Positions 23,471-32,825 of a stretch of DNA of 64,000 bases are shown in pieces. Below the pieces are notes generated by a model, which searched no databases, was not told the DNA's origin, and saw nothing but the letters and a program-made list of their open reading frames with translations. The stretch lies in the sequence record OZ035789.1; one strand, 5' to 3'. Each line of letters opens with the position of its first letter. Position 1 is the first letter of the stretch. The position numbers were made by a program, and so were the translations under genes. Source of the DNA: Tequatrovirus BCH953P4.

Positions 23471-24565
23471 ATGGCAATTGTTAAAGAAATAACTGCTGAT
23501 TTAATTAAAAAGTCCGGTGAGAAAATTTCAGCCGGACAGAGTACTAAATCAGAAGTAGCAACTAAAACATACACTGCCCAGTTTCCAACTGGGCGTGCTA
23601 GTGGTAATGACACTACAGGGGACTTCCAGGTAACAGATCTATATAAGAATGGATTATTATTTACTGCATACAATATGTCATCTAGGGATTCTGGAAGTCT
23701 TAGATCGATGAGATCTAACTACTCTTCTTCATCTTCGAGTATTTTAAGTACAGCTAGAAACACTATTAGTAGTACAGTATCAAAACTGTCAAATGGATTA
23801 ATATCAGATAATAATTCAGGAACAATAAGTAAAGCCCCTGTTGCAAATATTCTTTTACCAAGATCTAAATCCGATGTTGATACATCATCACATAGATTTA
23901 ATGATGTTCAAGAAAGTCTTATCAGCAGAGGAGGAGGTACTGCTACTGGTGTGCTAAGTAATATTGCTTCAACTGCAGTATTTGGGGCACTGGAAAGTAT
24001 AACACAAGGTATAATGGCTGATAATAATGAACAGATTTATACGACAGCCAGAAGTATGTATGGTGGTGCTGAAAATAGAACTAAAGTGTTTACTTGGGAT
24101 TTGACTCCACGTTCAACAGAAGATTTAATGGCTATTATTAATATCTATCAATATTTTAACTATTTTTCTTATGGTGAAACTGGTAAATCTCAATATGCTG
24201 CTGAAATAAAGGGGTATTTAGATGATTGGTATCGTTCTACGTTAATTGAACCTTTATCTCCGGAAGACGCAGCTAAAAATAAAACACTATTTGAGAAAAT
24301 GACATCGAGTTTAACGAACGTTCTTGTAGTTTCAAACCCTACAATTTGGATGGTGAAAAACTTTGGTGCAACATCTAAGTTTGACGGAAAAACGGAAATA
24401 TTTGGTCCATGTCAAATCCAGAGTATCAGATTTGATAAAACACCTAATGGTAACTTTAACGGATTAGCTATTGCTCCAAACCTCCCTAGTACATTTACTC
24501 TCGAGATTACTATGAGAGAAATTATCACGTTAAACCGTGCTTCTTTATATGCGGGGACTTTTTAA
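23471..24565 (+). CDS. 48: Baseplate tail-tube junction protein gp48
   Basis: 364 aa, synteny. Confidence 0.92.
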   Translation: MAIVKEITADLIKKSGEKISAGQSTKSEVATKTYTAQFPTGRASGNDTTGDFQVTDLYKNGLLFTAYNMSSRDSGSLRSMRSNYSSSSSSILSTARNTISSTVSKLSNGLISDNNSGTISKAPVANILLPRSKSDVDTSSHRFNDVQESLISRGGGTATGVLSNIASTAVFGALESITQGIMADNNEQIYTTARSMYGGAENRTKVFTWDLTPRSTEDLMAIINIYQYFNYFSYGETGKSQYAAEIKGYLDDWYRSTLIEPLSPEDAAKNKTLFEKMTSSLTNVLVVSNPTIWMVKNFGATSKFDGKTEIFGPCQIQSIRFDKTPNGNFNGLAIAPNLPSTFTLEITMREIITLNRASLYAGTF

Positions 24566-25530
24566 TGTATTCTTTAGAGGAATTTAATAATCAAGCAATA
24601 AACGCAGATTTCCAACGTAATAATATGTTTAGCTGCGTTTTTGCGACAACTCCATCAACTAAAAGCTCTTCGTTGATAAGTTCAATTAGCAACTTTTCTT
24701 ATAATAACTTGGGTCTAAATTCAGACTGGTTAGGATTGACTCAAGGTGATATTAATCAAGGAATTACCACGCTAATTACTGCTGGCACACAAAAACTGAT
24801 AAGAAAATCAGGGGTTAGTAAATATCTTATTGGTGCCATGAGTCAACGTACAGTTCAAAGTTTATTGGGCTCATTTACAGTTGGTACATATTTAATTGAC
24901 TTCTTTAATATGGCATATAACTCATCTGGATTGATGATATATTCTGTAAAAATGCCAGAGAATAGATTATCCTATGAAACTGACTGGAACTATAATTCTC
25001 CTAATATTCGTATAACTGGGAGAGAATTAGACCCTTTGGTTATTTCATTTAGAATGGATTCAGAAGCTTGTAACTATCGTGCAATGCAAGACTGGGTTAA
25101 CGCTGTTCAAGACCCAGTAACTGGACTGCGTGCTTTGCCGCAAGATGTCGAGGCAGATATTCAGGTTAATCTTCATGCTCGTAATGGATTACCTCATACT
25201 GCAGTGATGTTCACCGGATGCATTCCAGTGTCAGTGAGCGCTCCTGAGTTATCATATGATGGAGATAACCAAATAACTACATTTGATGTTACTTTTGCGT
25301 ATAGAGTCATGCAGGCTGGGTCGGTTGATAGACAAGCTGCGCTTGAGTGGCTTGAATCTGCTGCTATAAATGGCATTCAAAGCGTTCTCGGAAATAGTGG
25401 AGGTGTTACTGGATTATCTAATTCGCTTTCACGACTTAGTAGATTAGGGGGAACTGCAGGAAGCATTTCAAACATTAATACTATGACAGGAATTGTCAAT
25501 TCGCAAAGTAAAATATTAGGAGCAATATAA
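24565..25530 (+). CDS. 54: Baseplate tail-tube initiator gp54
   Basis: 321 aa, synteny. Confidence 0.92.
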   Translation: MYSLEEFNNQAINADFQRNNMFSCVFATTPSTKSSSLISSISNFSYNNLGLNSDWLGLTQGDINQGITTLITAGTQKLIRKSGVSKYLIGAMSQRTVQSLLGSFTVGTYLIDFFNMAYNSSGLMIYSVKMPENRLSYETDWNYNSPNIRITGRELDPLVISFRMDSEACNYRAMQDWVNAVQDPVTGLRALPQDVEADIQVNLHARNGLPHTAVMFTGCIPVSVSAPELSYDGDNQITTFDVTFAYRVMQAGSVDRQAALEWLESAAINGIQSVLGNSGGVTGLSNSLSRLSRLGGTAGSISNINTMTGIVNSQSKILGAI

Positions 25531-25534
25531 CAAT

Positions 25535-25552
25535 GGGGACCTTTCGGTCCCC
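25535..25552. terminator. Bidirectional hairpin GGGGACC-TTTC-GGTCCCC
   Basis: perfect 7-bp GC stem with tetraloop and flanking T-run, between gene 54 (+) and minus-strand operon. Confidence 0.6.
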
Positions 25553-25558
25553 ATATTT

Positions 25559-25849
25559 TTATTTACGGAATGAAATAAAAGCAGCAACTGAAGCAACTAA
25601 ACTGTCTTCAATATAAACCTCAATTTTTACCGGAGCTTCTGACTCAAATTTACCTGTTACTACACCTTGGAAAATACTTTCAGTCTGTTCTGGCTTTGAA
25701 AAATTTTCAGAAGGAAAAATTCCGAACTTTTTATCTGTTCCAAAAATTTTGATAAATTCATCGTAAACTGCTTCATTAAAAGCATTATCAGCAGGAATAA
25801 CGCCTTCAACTACAAGTTCTTGACCTAAAAAGCGCAAAGAAGATTTCAT
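25559..25849 (-). CDS. Hypothetical protein (T4 alt.-3 position)
   Basis: 96 aa ORF; preceded by the repeated promoter/hairpin cassette. Confidence 0.65.
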   Translation of the reverse strand: MKSSLRFLGQELVVEGVIPADNAFNEAVYDEFIKIFGTDKKFGIFPSENFSKPEQTESIFQGVVTGKFESEAPVKIEVYIEDSLVASVAAFISFRK

Positions 25850-25854
25850 TTTGT

Positions 25855-25910
25855 GTTCCTCATGTTATGTCAGTAAGATTACTATAACACAACACGAGGG
25901 ACTTGTAAAC
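25855..25910 (-). promoter_or_regulatory. Repeated promoter/hairpin cassette, copy 1
   Basis: coding strand GTTTAC-N17-TATAGT with 13-bp inverted repeat whose 3' arm contains the GAGG Shine-Dalgarno; 50/53 identical to copy at 41657..41712. Confidence 0.55.
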
Positions 25911-27967
25911 TACATTTTGAACTTTTTAGACATTCCGTTGATGTTAACCAAAGAAGCTAAGATTTGAGAAACTTCGTTTTCCTCTTCTTTTGATTCTTCT
26001 ACAAGGAATTGATTAAATCCAGTCATTGGACGAACTTCACCAGTTTCCATCAAATGATCGCCATCATATACTGATTCCTCTAATTGTTCAGAAGGAGGAA
26101 CGATTGTACCTTCGATTAGATACTTGTTATAAGCAGTTTCTTTCATAAAGTACGTACTTACTTTATTAATCTTCAGTAAAATTCCACGCGGTAGAATAAC
26201 TTCAGCTTCTGATGGAAATCCTGTTAAATGACCTGGAACGATAACTTTGATTCGCTCAGCTCCTTTAATTACCATACCCACGCTAGTTTCAGCATTTTCA
26301 TTAGCGTATGTAGAATGACTACCCATATGCATCAAATCTTCTGCATCAACGGAACCTTCTCCTTCACCAGAAAATACTGCGCCGGAATCATCTAGAGCCA
26401 TATAGTTTTTACCATGCTCACCGAAGATATTTGGTTTAAGCGATGTAGATACGAAGTTCTTGAAATAGAACATTTTGTTTTCAATGTTATGACGCAAAGT
26501 TTTAAAGGTAACTTCTTGTCCACGGTAAAGTGTAGTTCCTGGAGGAAGAACTGAACCTTTAGCGAATGCAGAATCCAACGTCTCGATATGCTTAATAGCA
26601 CGTTCCATATATTCTTCGCGGGTAGAATCAGGTTTACCCAAAAGGAATGAGTTCATTTCAACATATGAATCTGCACAATAATCTTCAATTACATCAGATT
26701 CAGCTTGAGTTAATCCTTTTGGAGTTACTTCAGTACTTGCATATTCATATGCCTGGGTAGCAGATTCATTAATCAATTTATAAATGCCATTCATTACAAA
26801 TTGAATAATAGCTGTCTTTTCATCTGGCGTAGCTTTAGAACCTTTAACCAAATCATTGATAATTTTCTTAATAACATCAAAGCTGTTAGAAATATTAATA
26901 TCAGCAAGATCGCTTAAAATTTTATCAGTTTTATAATCAAAGAATTCTTTATTTTTTAAATATTCTTGAGAACCTTGATACGATATATCGCTCTGCAACT
27001 TGATGGATGGATCACGTAAACGTGCATGGGCTAATGCAATATGATTTCGGAAGTTTTCTAGTTCATAATCGTTAGATTTAAAACGAGAAGCACTTCTCAT
27101 ACCACCGATAGCTCCTTTGCTGAAGTTTGAACCAATCTGAATAACGCCAGAGTTCATTGGTCCTTCTGCTTTATATACCGGAACTTTAGATTCAAACTCT
27201 TGATATTTCTTGGCAGCGAAGCTATCACCCTGAAGTGAAGCATCAACAGTAGAATATTGAGCTTGTGCTGCTAATCGACGACTAATTTTAGTTTTCTGAA
27301 TAACAGCTTGATCCGTGCGCTTATCATTTTCTAAAGCAATAGAAGCAGCAACAGCGACAGCTTTAGGAACAGCATTTCCTGTTTTAACGTCTACATAAAC
27401 ATCACCAACCTTTGATTCAACTTTTGTGAATAACTCAGTTGAAATAGGAGGTACACCTGGAATGTCTTCTAAATTGGCATTTTTACGGTAAACCATAATA
27501 TATGCATACTTTTTATCATAGTCCCAGATTTCCTTTAAAAGAACATATCGACCTGCTCCTTTGGTACGTACTAAACGGTCAGCAATAACTTGCATTTGAC
27601 GAGCAGCGCCATTTGTTTTACTCTTTAGTACACGGAATAAGCACGCGTCAATTTTATACTGCTTCATTGTTTGAAGAGCAGTATCAAAAACAGCATTAAT
27701 GACGCCAATTGGATTTCCACCCAAGTTTCTAAGCTTAACCAGTGATAATTTCTCGTTGACACCTATCATTACGATATGCATCATTTTATCGCCCGGCTTA
27801 ACGTTTTTATTTGTATCACCACCGGAGGTGTATGTACAAAATCTAAATCCAGGAAGCACGCTTTCTTCGCCGGCTTGAATAGCAAAAATTTGAGGTATTT
27901 TATGCTTAGGATTTAAGTTAACAACCGGCGCCGAAGCGCCGTCAAATAATTCTGTAATAAGTTCCAT
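25910..27967 (-). CDS. Alt-like ADP-ribosyltransferase paralog (full length)
   Basis: 685 aa; N-terminus MELITELFD...NLNPK.KIPQIF and R-S-ExE motifs (YRGQ, FVSTSL, EAEV) shared with Alt; divergent middle. Confidence 0.8.
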   Translation of the reverse strand: MELITELFDGASAPVVNLNPKHKIPQIFAIQAGEESVLPGFRFCTYTSGGDTNKNVKPGDKMMHIVMIGVNEKLSLVKLRNLGGNPIGVINAVFDTALQTMKQYKIDACLFRVLKSKTNGAARQMQVIADRLVRTKGAGRYVLLKEIWDYDKKYAYIMVYRKNANLEDIPGVPPISTELFTKVESKVGDVYVDVKTGNAVPKAVAVAASIALENDKRTDQAVIQKTKISRRLAAQAQYSTVDASLQGDSFAAKKYQEFESKVPVYKAEGPMNSGVIQIGSNFSKGAIGGMRSASRFKSNDYELENFRNHIALAHARLRDPSIKLQSDISYQGSQEYLKNKEFFDYKTDKILSDLADINISNSFDVIKKIINDLVKGSKATPDEKTAIIQFVMNGIYKLINESATQAYEYASTEVTPKGLTQAESDVIEDYCADSYVEMNSFLLGKPDSTREEYMERAIKHIETLDSAFAKGSVLPPGTTLYRGQEVTFKTLRHNIENKMFYFKNFVSTSLKPNIFGEHGKNYMALDDSGAVFSGEGEGSVDAEDLMHMGSHSTYANENAETSVGMVIKGAERIKVIVPGHLTGFPSEAEVILPRGILLKINKVSTYFMKETAYNKYLIEGTIVPPSEQLEESVYDGDHLMETGEVRPMTGFNQFLVEESKEEENEVSQILASLVNINGMSKKFKM

Positions 27968-27970
27968 GAT

Positions 27971-30019
27971 TTATCCTTGAACGAACTTGTAAGGCATGTT
28001 TGTAATATCTATGCAAGACGCAATAATTCCAAGAGATGATTCTACTTTCTGTTTAACATTTGATGAAACAAATGATGCAAAGTCAACTCTATCTTCTATA
28101 TCACCTGTCATTGTAACCAATTCACCAGTTTCCATTAAATGGTCTCCGTCATAGATTACCGATTCGGTGAGTTCTTCTGTGGTCATAACTTCAGCTTGAA
28201 TAAGCTTGTTGTTAGTTTTAACTGTTCCATCATTGTAAGATGCATCGGTTATTTTATTAACTTTGACCATTAATCCACGTGGCAAAATGACTTCCATTTC
28301 ATTTGAAGGCGCTAAACTTCCACCGGGTAAAACAACATTGACCTTATCAGCCCCAGTAATAACCCATCCAATTCCAACTAAATTATCGCTAGAATTTACT
28401 AGTCCTTCATCAGTTTTATCAATAGAAACACTTAGACGCTTTTCGTCTGGTAAAACACCTATAGATGAATCAGTCATCCAAGTACCAAAAATATTTGGAT
28501 ATAATGATGTTGACACAAAGTTTCTAAAATAAAAAACTCGATTTTTTACCATTGCTTCATATATTGAAGGTAACATTCGTTGTGAACGATACAAAGTAAT
28601 ACCTTTTGGTAATCGTTCACCATTTTTAAAGGCTGAATCTAAATTATCAATGGCTTGTTCTATTTCAGGTGCTGTTAAAATACTTGTACGCTCATCTGGA
28701 TTATATAATCCCAAAAGAGCATTATTCATGTCTACGTATCCTGAACCTACATATTCACGAATTCCGCGTTTTTGCGCTGGTGTGTATTTAGATGAATCTT
28801 TATTTTCGACTATAGGATGTAATGACCATCCAGCGGTAAGAGCATATCCACGTAATTCTCTTCGAATAATCTTTGTTTTTATTGCATTCCAAGAATTTTG
28901 TACTAACTCATTTGCAGCATCTTGGTTTAAATGCGAATGTTTGTTAATATTTCTTTCAAACCAAGCACCTTTATATTTTTCTAAAGTATCATCGACGATA
29001 GAAGCAATAGTTTCTAAAGTTTTTATTGAAGTAATAGATTCTTTTCGTAATTTTTCTAAAGCTTTATTTTTTATTTCTGCATTAATAATGGATTCTTTAT
29101 CTTCAGGAATTATAGAAGCTTCTCTGAATGCCATCCCAGCTGTAATACTGCTAAGAGCATTCTCTAGTGCAAATCCTGAAGTAGAAATTACCGTTAATTC
29201 ATTAGAATCAGAAATTAAAGGCGCGTCCGCTGGTTTATTTAATTCTGCCGCTGAAGCCTCAAATTTTTGAAACATCGGTGTTTCAAATCTAGAAGATTCC
29301 AATGACTGACTTTGTGCAATTGCTCTACGGGAAATTTTAACTTTAACGATTACAGCTTGGTCAGAACGTTTATCATTTTCTTGTGCAATAGATGCTGCAA
29401 TTGCCTCATTTTTAGTTACTTGAGCTCCAGTATCTTTATTGATATAAACATCACCGACCTTCGATTCAACTTTAGTAAAGAGCTCGGTACTAATTTCCGG
29501 AACTCCTGGAATGTCTTCTAGTGATACATTTTTGCGATGTATAAGAATATATGCATACTTTTTATCGTAATCCCAGAGTTCCTTAAGAAGGACGTATCTG
29601 CCACCTGAACGACTACGGATAAGTCTATCAGCAATAACTTGAATTTGTCGAGCTTGACCAGCGGTTTTAGACTTAAGAATACGAAGCATACAAGCATCAA
29701 TTTTATACTGGCGCATTGTTTGCATTGCAACAGTAAAAACTGAATTGATATAATTAATTGGGCTTGGACCAAGACCTTTTAATTTAGCAATTGAACCTTT
29801 AGCAGTTAATGTAAAAGGAACAATATGCATCATTTTATCGCCCATCTTTAAATCGCGATTAGTATCACCTCCAGATGTATAGGTGCATAAACGAAAGCCT
29901 GGTTGTTCAATTGCATCATCAACATGAACTGAAAAAATTTGCGGTATTTTCTTCTTTGGATTTAAGTTTGTAATCGGAAGAGTAGTATCTTCGTCAAATA
30001 ATTCTGTAATAAGTTCCAT
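27971..30019 (-). CDS. alt: Alt ADP-ribosyltransferase
   Basis: 682 aa from second Met; matches T4 Alt as remembered; motifs YRSQ, FVSTSL, EMEV. Confidence 0.9.
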   Translation of the reverse strand: MELITELFDEDTTLPITNLNPKKKIPQIFSVHVDDAIEQPGFRLCTYTSGGDTNRDLKMGDKMMHIVPFTLTAKGSIAKLKGLGPSPINYINSVFTVAMQTMRQYKIDACMLRILKSKTAGQARQIQVIADRLIRSRSGGRYVLLKELWDYDKKYAYILIHRKNVSLEDIPGVPEISTELFTKVESKVGDVYINKDTGAQVTKNEAIAASIAQENDKRSDQAVIVKVKISRRAIAQSQSLESSRFETPMFQKFEASAAELNKPADAPLISDSNELTVISTSGFALENALSSITAGMAFREASIIPEDKESIINAEIKNKALEKLRKESITSIKTLETIASIVDDTLEKYKGAWFERNINKHSHLNQDAANELVQNSWNAIKTKIIRRELRGYALTAGWSLHPIVENKDSSKYTPAQKRGIREYVGSGYVDMNNALLGLYNPDERTSILTAPEIEQAIDNLDSAFKNGERLPKGITLYRSQRMLPSIYEAMVKNRVFYFRNFVSTSLYPNIFGTWMTDSSIGVLPDEKRLSVSIDKTDEGLVNSSDNLVGIGWVITGADKVNVVLPGGSLAPSNEMEVILPRGLMVKVNKITDASYNDGTVKTNNKLIQAEVMTTEELTESVIYDGDHLMETGELVTMTGDIEDRVDFASFVSSNVKQKVESSLGIIASCIDITNMPYKFVQG

Positions 30020-30042
30020 CATAGCCTCTCTAGTGTTTATTC

Positions 30043-30050
30043 TATTTATA
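30043..30050 (-). promoter_or_regulatory. Late promoter TATAAATA for alt
   Basis: minus-strand TATAAATA ~22 nt upstream of alt ATG. Confidence 0.6.
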
Positions 30051-30055
30051 AAATT

Positions 30056-30073
30056 AAAGGCCCGAAGGCCTTT
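30056..30073. terminator. Hairpin AAAGGCC-CGAA-GGCCTTT
   Basis: perfect stem with tetraloop between gene 30 operon and alt. Confidence 0.5.
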
Positions 30074-30260
30074 AATAATCTAGTGGTAAGAGAGTACGAT
30101 ATATTTCAAACTTTGGACCTTTTTCATAAGCATCAAAAGTTTCTGTGAATTTATTATAAGCATATGCATCGATAAATTCAATCATGATTTGTGATACAGA
30201 AGTAGAAACATCTCCACCTTCTTTTTGAGCCACGACAATTGTTTCTAAGTAAGCTTTCAT
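30072..30260 (-). CDS. Hypothetical small protein between gene 30 and alt
   Basis: 62 aa; start overlaps gene 30 stop. Confidence 0.45.
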   Translation of the reverse strand: MKAYLETIVVAQKEGGDVSTSVSQIMIEFIDAYAYNKFTETFDAYEKGPKFEIYRTLLPLDY

Positions 30261-31720
30261 AGACCAGTTACCTCATGAAAATCACCAAATACATCCTCGA
30301 ATGTATTAGCTTTCATTTTATCTTCACGTAAACGAATCGCAATCGGAAGAAATAATTTAACGTAATCAGTACGGCCATCAGATTTTAACCAACCGTTGCA
30401 TTCGCACTCTAGAATTTTTCCAATATAATAATTTTGGTTTTCCATAATGCGAGTACGGTCAAGTTCATGTGATTTTACGCCGGCTTTATCTTTTAAGCCT
30501 GAACCAGCATTTACTTTAATTTTTCCACACTCTGATTCAAGAATAAATCCACCTGCTTTAGTAGGGTCTTTACGGTGAGGATAAATTCCTACAATTTTTA
30601 AATCAACATCAATTACTTCTTTAAATTTATAGAGATTTTTTGAACGAGCATTTTCCCATAATCCATCGATATTTTTGAGAATAATACCTTCAAGACCTTG
30701 GTCAATATACTTTTTATAAATTACCTTAGCTTCATCTAGGTTATTTACTACCTGGTTTTCAATTAAAATTACTTTATCATAACCTGATGTCATTTGTTCT
30801 AGTTTAGAAAAACGTACATCATACTTTAAACGAAATGCAGGAAGATCGTATATTTCTACCAACGGGACATAATCCCAGACCTGAAACTTCATGCATTGAG
30901 CTTCTTTTTCAGAAATGGTTCCCTTTAAAGATTTATTGGCGATGCCATTAGATGCAGTACGTGATTCAGCTACTTCTGTGAAGTCTTTAACTTTGCTGTT
31001 TTCAGGATGAGCATCAAAAAGAAAATCTAGGCCTTCTGGCTCCTTTTTAACTTGCTCATGGTATACCAATTCGCCATCAATTAACACGCCTTCTGGATGA
31101 ATCTGGCGGGCTTCAGCGGTCATTTTGATTAATTCTTCCTTAAGAAGATCTAATCCTAGATATTCATTACCAGCTCGTGATAAAAGACGAACATCATCTA
31201 ATTCATCACCTCTGACTTCGGCAAAGCACCGAGCCCCATCAGCTTTTAACTGGGCAAAGGCTGGAAATTTGATATTCTTATTAATGCCTTTTTCATCATA
31301 AGAACTTGCAAGCATTTGAGGTTGTTCAGGAATTAAACCTGGCCAAACTTTGTTTGCAATAGATACTGAAGCACCACATTCAAGGTCTCGCATCATCACT
31401 CGACGCAAAACTTCAACATCATCTTTTTTACCATCGGTGATATATCCAGTTAATTCCTCAATTGCTGCATTTCCAGTCAATTTCCGAGTAGCTAATGTGA
31501 ATTCAATGAAGTCAAGCATATCGGTAAGAGTCAACATTCCAAAACTCTGGGTAGCAATACCAGGTTTAGGCCATTTCTTGATATAATACTGCAACCCACG
31601 AGAATAAGTCAGACGATATACTCGTTTAAGCAATTCATTATCTTTATTCTTTTCAAGAATTGCTTGCTTCTGCTTAGTTGAACCAATAGATGCTATTTCG
31701 TTCAGAATTTTAAGAATCAT
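30257..31720 (-). CDS. 30: DNA ligase gp30
   Basis: 487 aa; adenylation motif KADGAR. Confidence 0.95.
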   Translation of the reverse strand: MILKILNEIASIGSTKQKQAILEKNKDNELLKRVYRLTYSRGLQYYIKKWPKPGIATQSFGMLTLTDMLDFIEFTLATRKLTGNAAIEELTGYITDGKKDDVEVLRRVMMRDLECGASVSIANKVWPGLIPEQPQMLASSYDEKGINKNIKFPAFAQLKADGARCFAEVRGDELDDVRLLSRAGNEYLGLDLLKEELIKMTAEARQIHPEGVLIDGELVYHEQVKKEPEGLDFLFDAHPENSKVKDFTEVAESRTASNGIANKSLKGTISEKEAQCMKFQVWDYVPLVEIYDLPAFRLKYDVRFSKLEQMTSGYDKVILIENQVVNNLDEAKVIYKKYIDQGLEGIILKNIDGLWENARSKNLYKFKEVIDVDLKIVGIYPHRKDPTKAGGFILESECGKIKVNAGSGLKDKAGVKSHELDRTRIMENQNYYIGKILECECNGWLKSDGRTDYVKLFLPIAIRLREDKMKANTFEDVFGDFHEVTGL

Positions 31721-31986
31721 TATTCATCCTTCAGAGTTTGGTTTACAGCTCTATTATAAATCAATTCATCATTAAGCTCAGTCAAAGACTTATGATATGT
31801 GGTTCTAACTTTATTTCCTTGCATCCAGTGCTTGACGTAAATGAAACCTTGCTCTACACATTTTTTAAAAATTCGTTCGTCTTTTTGAGCTCGGAATTCT
31901 GGATTGCATCTAAAAAATTGATTTACGTGACCGTAATCACGTGTAGTATTACCTTCATTTTCATAAATGGTATGAACAACAAACAT
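31720..31986 (-). CDS. Hypothetical protein (gene 30 downstream cluster)
   Basis: 88 aa, overlaps gene 30 start codon. Confidence 0.65.
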   Translation of the reverse strand: MFVVHTIYENEGNTTRDYGHVNQFFRCNPEFRAQKDERIFKKCVEQGFIYVKHWMQGNKVRTTYHKSLTELNDELIYNRAVNQTLKDE

Positions 31987-32825
31987 TAGAATGCTCCTTG
32001 GAAAATATTATCACCACTAGTAGGTCTATTATACAAATACTCTATGCCACCAGGTTTAATATAGTTCCATGTCTGAAACGGATGTGTCTGATATGGATGA
32101 TATAGATGATTATAAGGATTAAATCCAGGAGTTCTCCAGGTAGTGTTCCAAGGAAAAGAATCGTTTTTGATCATCTTCTCAATTACATCTTTTATAACTT
32201 TTTCACTATCAAAACTTTCTTTATTTTCCTTCGATGGAAAAAGCTTATTCTCTACATCATTCCATGTATAAACTCGCTGTGCAGTTTTTGGAATACTGTC
32301 ACGCTCTCCTCGAGCCATCCAATAAACTGGAACATTTAATATTTCACTCGCATGATCACAGTGGTGAGCGAGATCGTCAATATAACAAATTACGTTATAT
32401 TTCTCTTTTGCCTTTTTGAACAACTCTTCTTTTGAAGAATCATGACCACACATCAGTACTTCTGAGAAGGCACCAGGAAAAAGAGCATTCAAATTAAATT
32501 GACGATTCAGCAGAGCGTCAATAGAATCACCCAGTGCTGTAACAGCTACAAAATTATAATCTTCTTTTAATTTGTTAATTACACACAGGGCATCTTTATA
32601 TGGAGACAAGTAACGAATAAAATCTGAACGATTATATTTTTCAATTAACTTGACACCAAGTTCTTCATCGCAATTAAAGAGCTTACCAGGAGAAATAAAT
32701 TTTTCGTCCTGAATCATTTTTAAAATATGTTCTAATGGAAGATTATATTTTTGGGCAAAATAAGGAAGGCCTGATTGCCAGCTTAAACACACCCCGTCAA
32801 TATCAGTCAAAATAGTAGGCTTCAT
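31986..32825 (-). CDS. HAD-superfamily phosphatase-like protein
   Basis: 279 aa; N-terminal ILTDIDGV resembles HAD motif I (DxDG). Confidence 0.6.
   Translation of the reverse strand: MKPTILTDIDGVCLSWQSGLPYFAQKYNLPLEHILKMIQDEKFISPGKLFNCDEELGVKLIEKYNRSDFIRYLSPYKDALCVINKLKEDYNFVAVTALGDSIDALLNRQFNLNALFPGAFSEVLMCGHDSSKEELFKKAKEKYNVICYIDDLAHHCDHASEILNVPVYWMARGERDSIPKTAQRVYTWNDVENKLFPSKENKESFDSEKVIKDVIEKMIKNDSFPWNTTWRTPGFNPYNHLYHPYQTHPFQTWNYIKPGGIEYLYNRPTSGDNIFQGAF

Noticed and set aside
28263-29270. Plus-strand ORFs (89 and 206 aa) inside alt
   Set aside because: Antisense shadow ORFs within a recognised gene; no promoter or RBS context.
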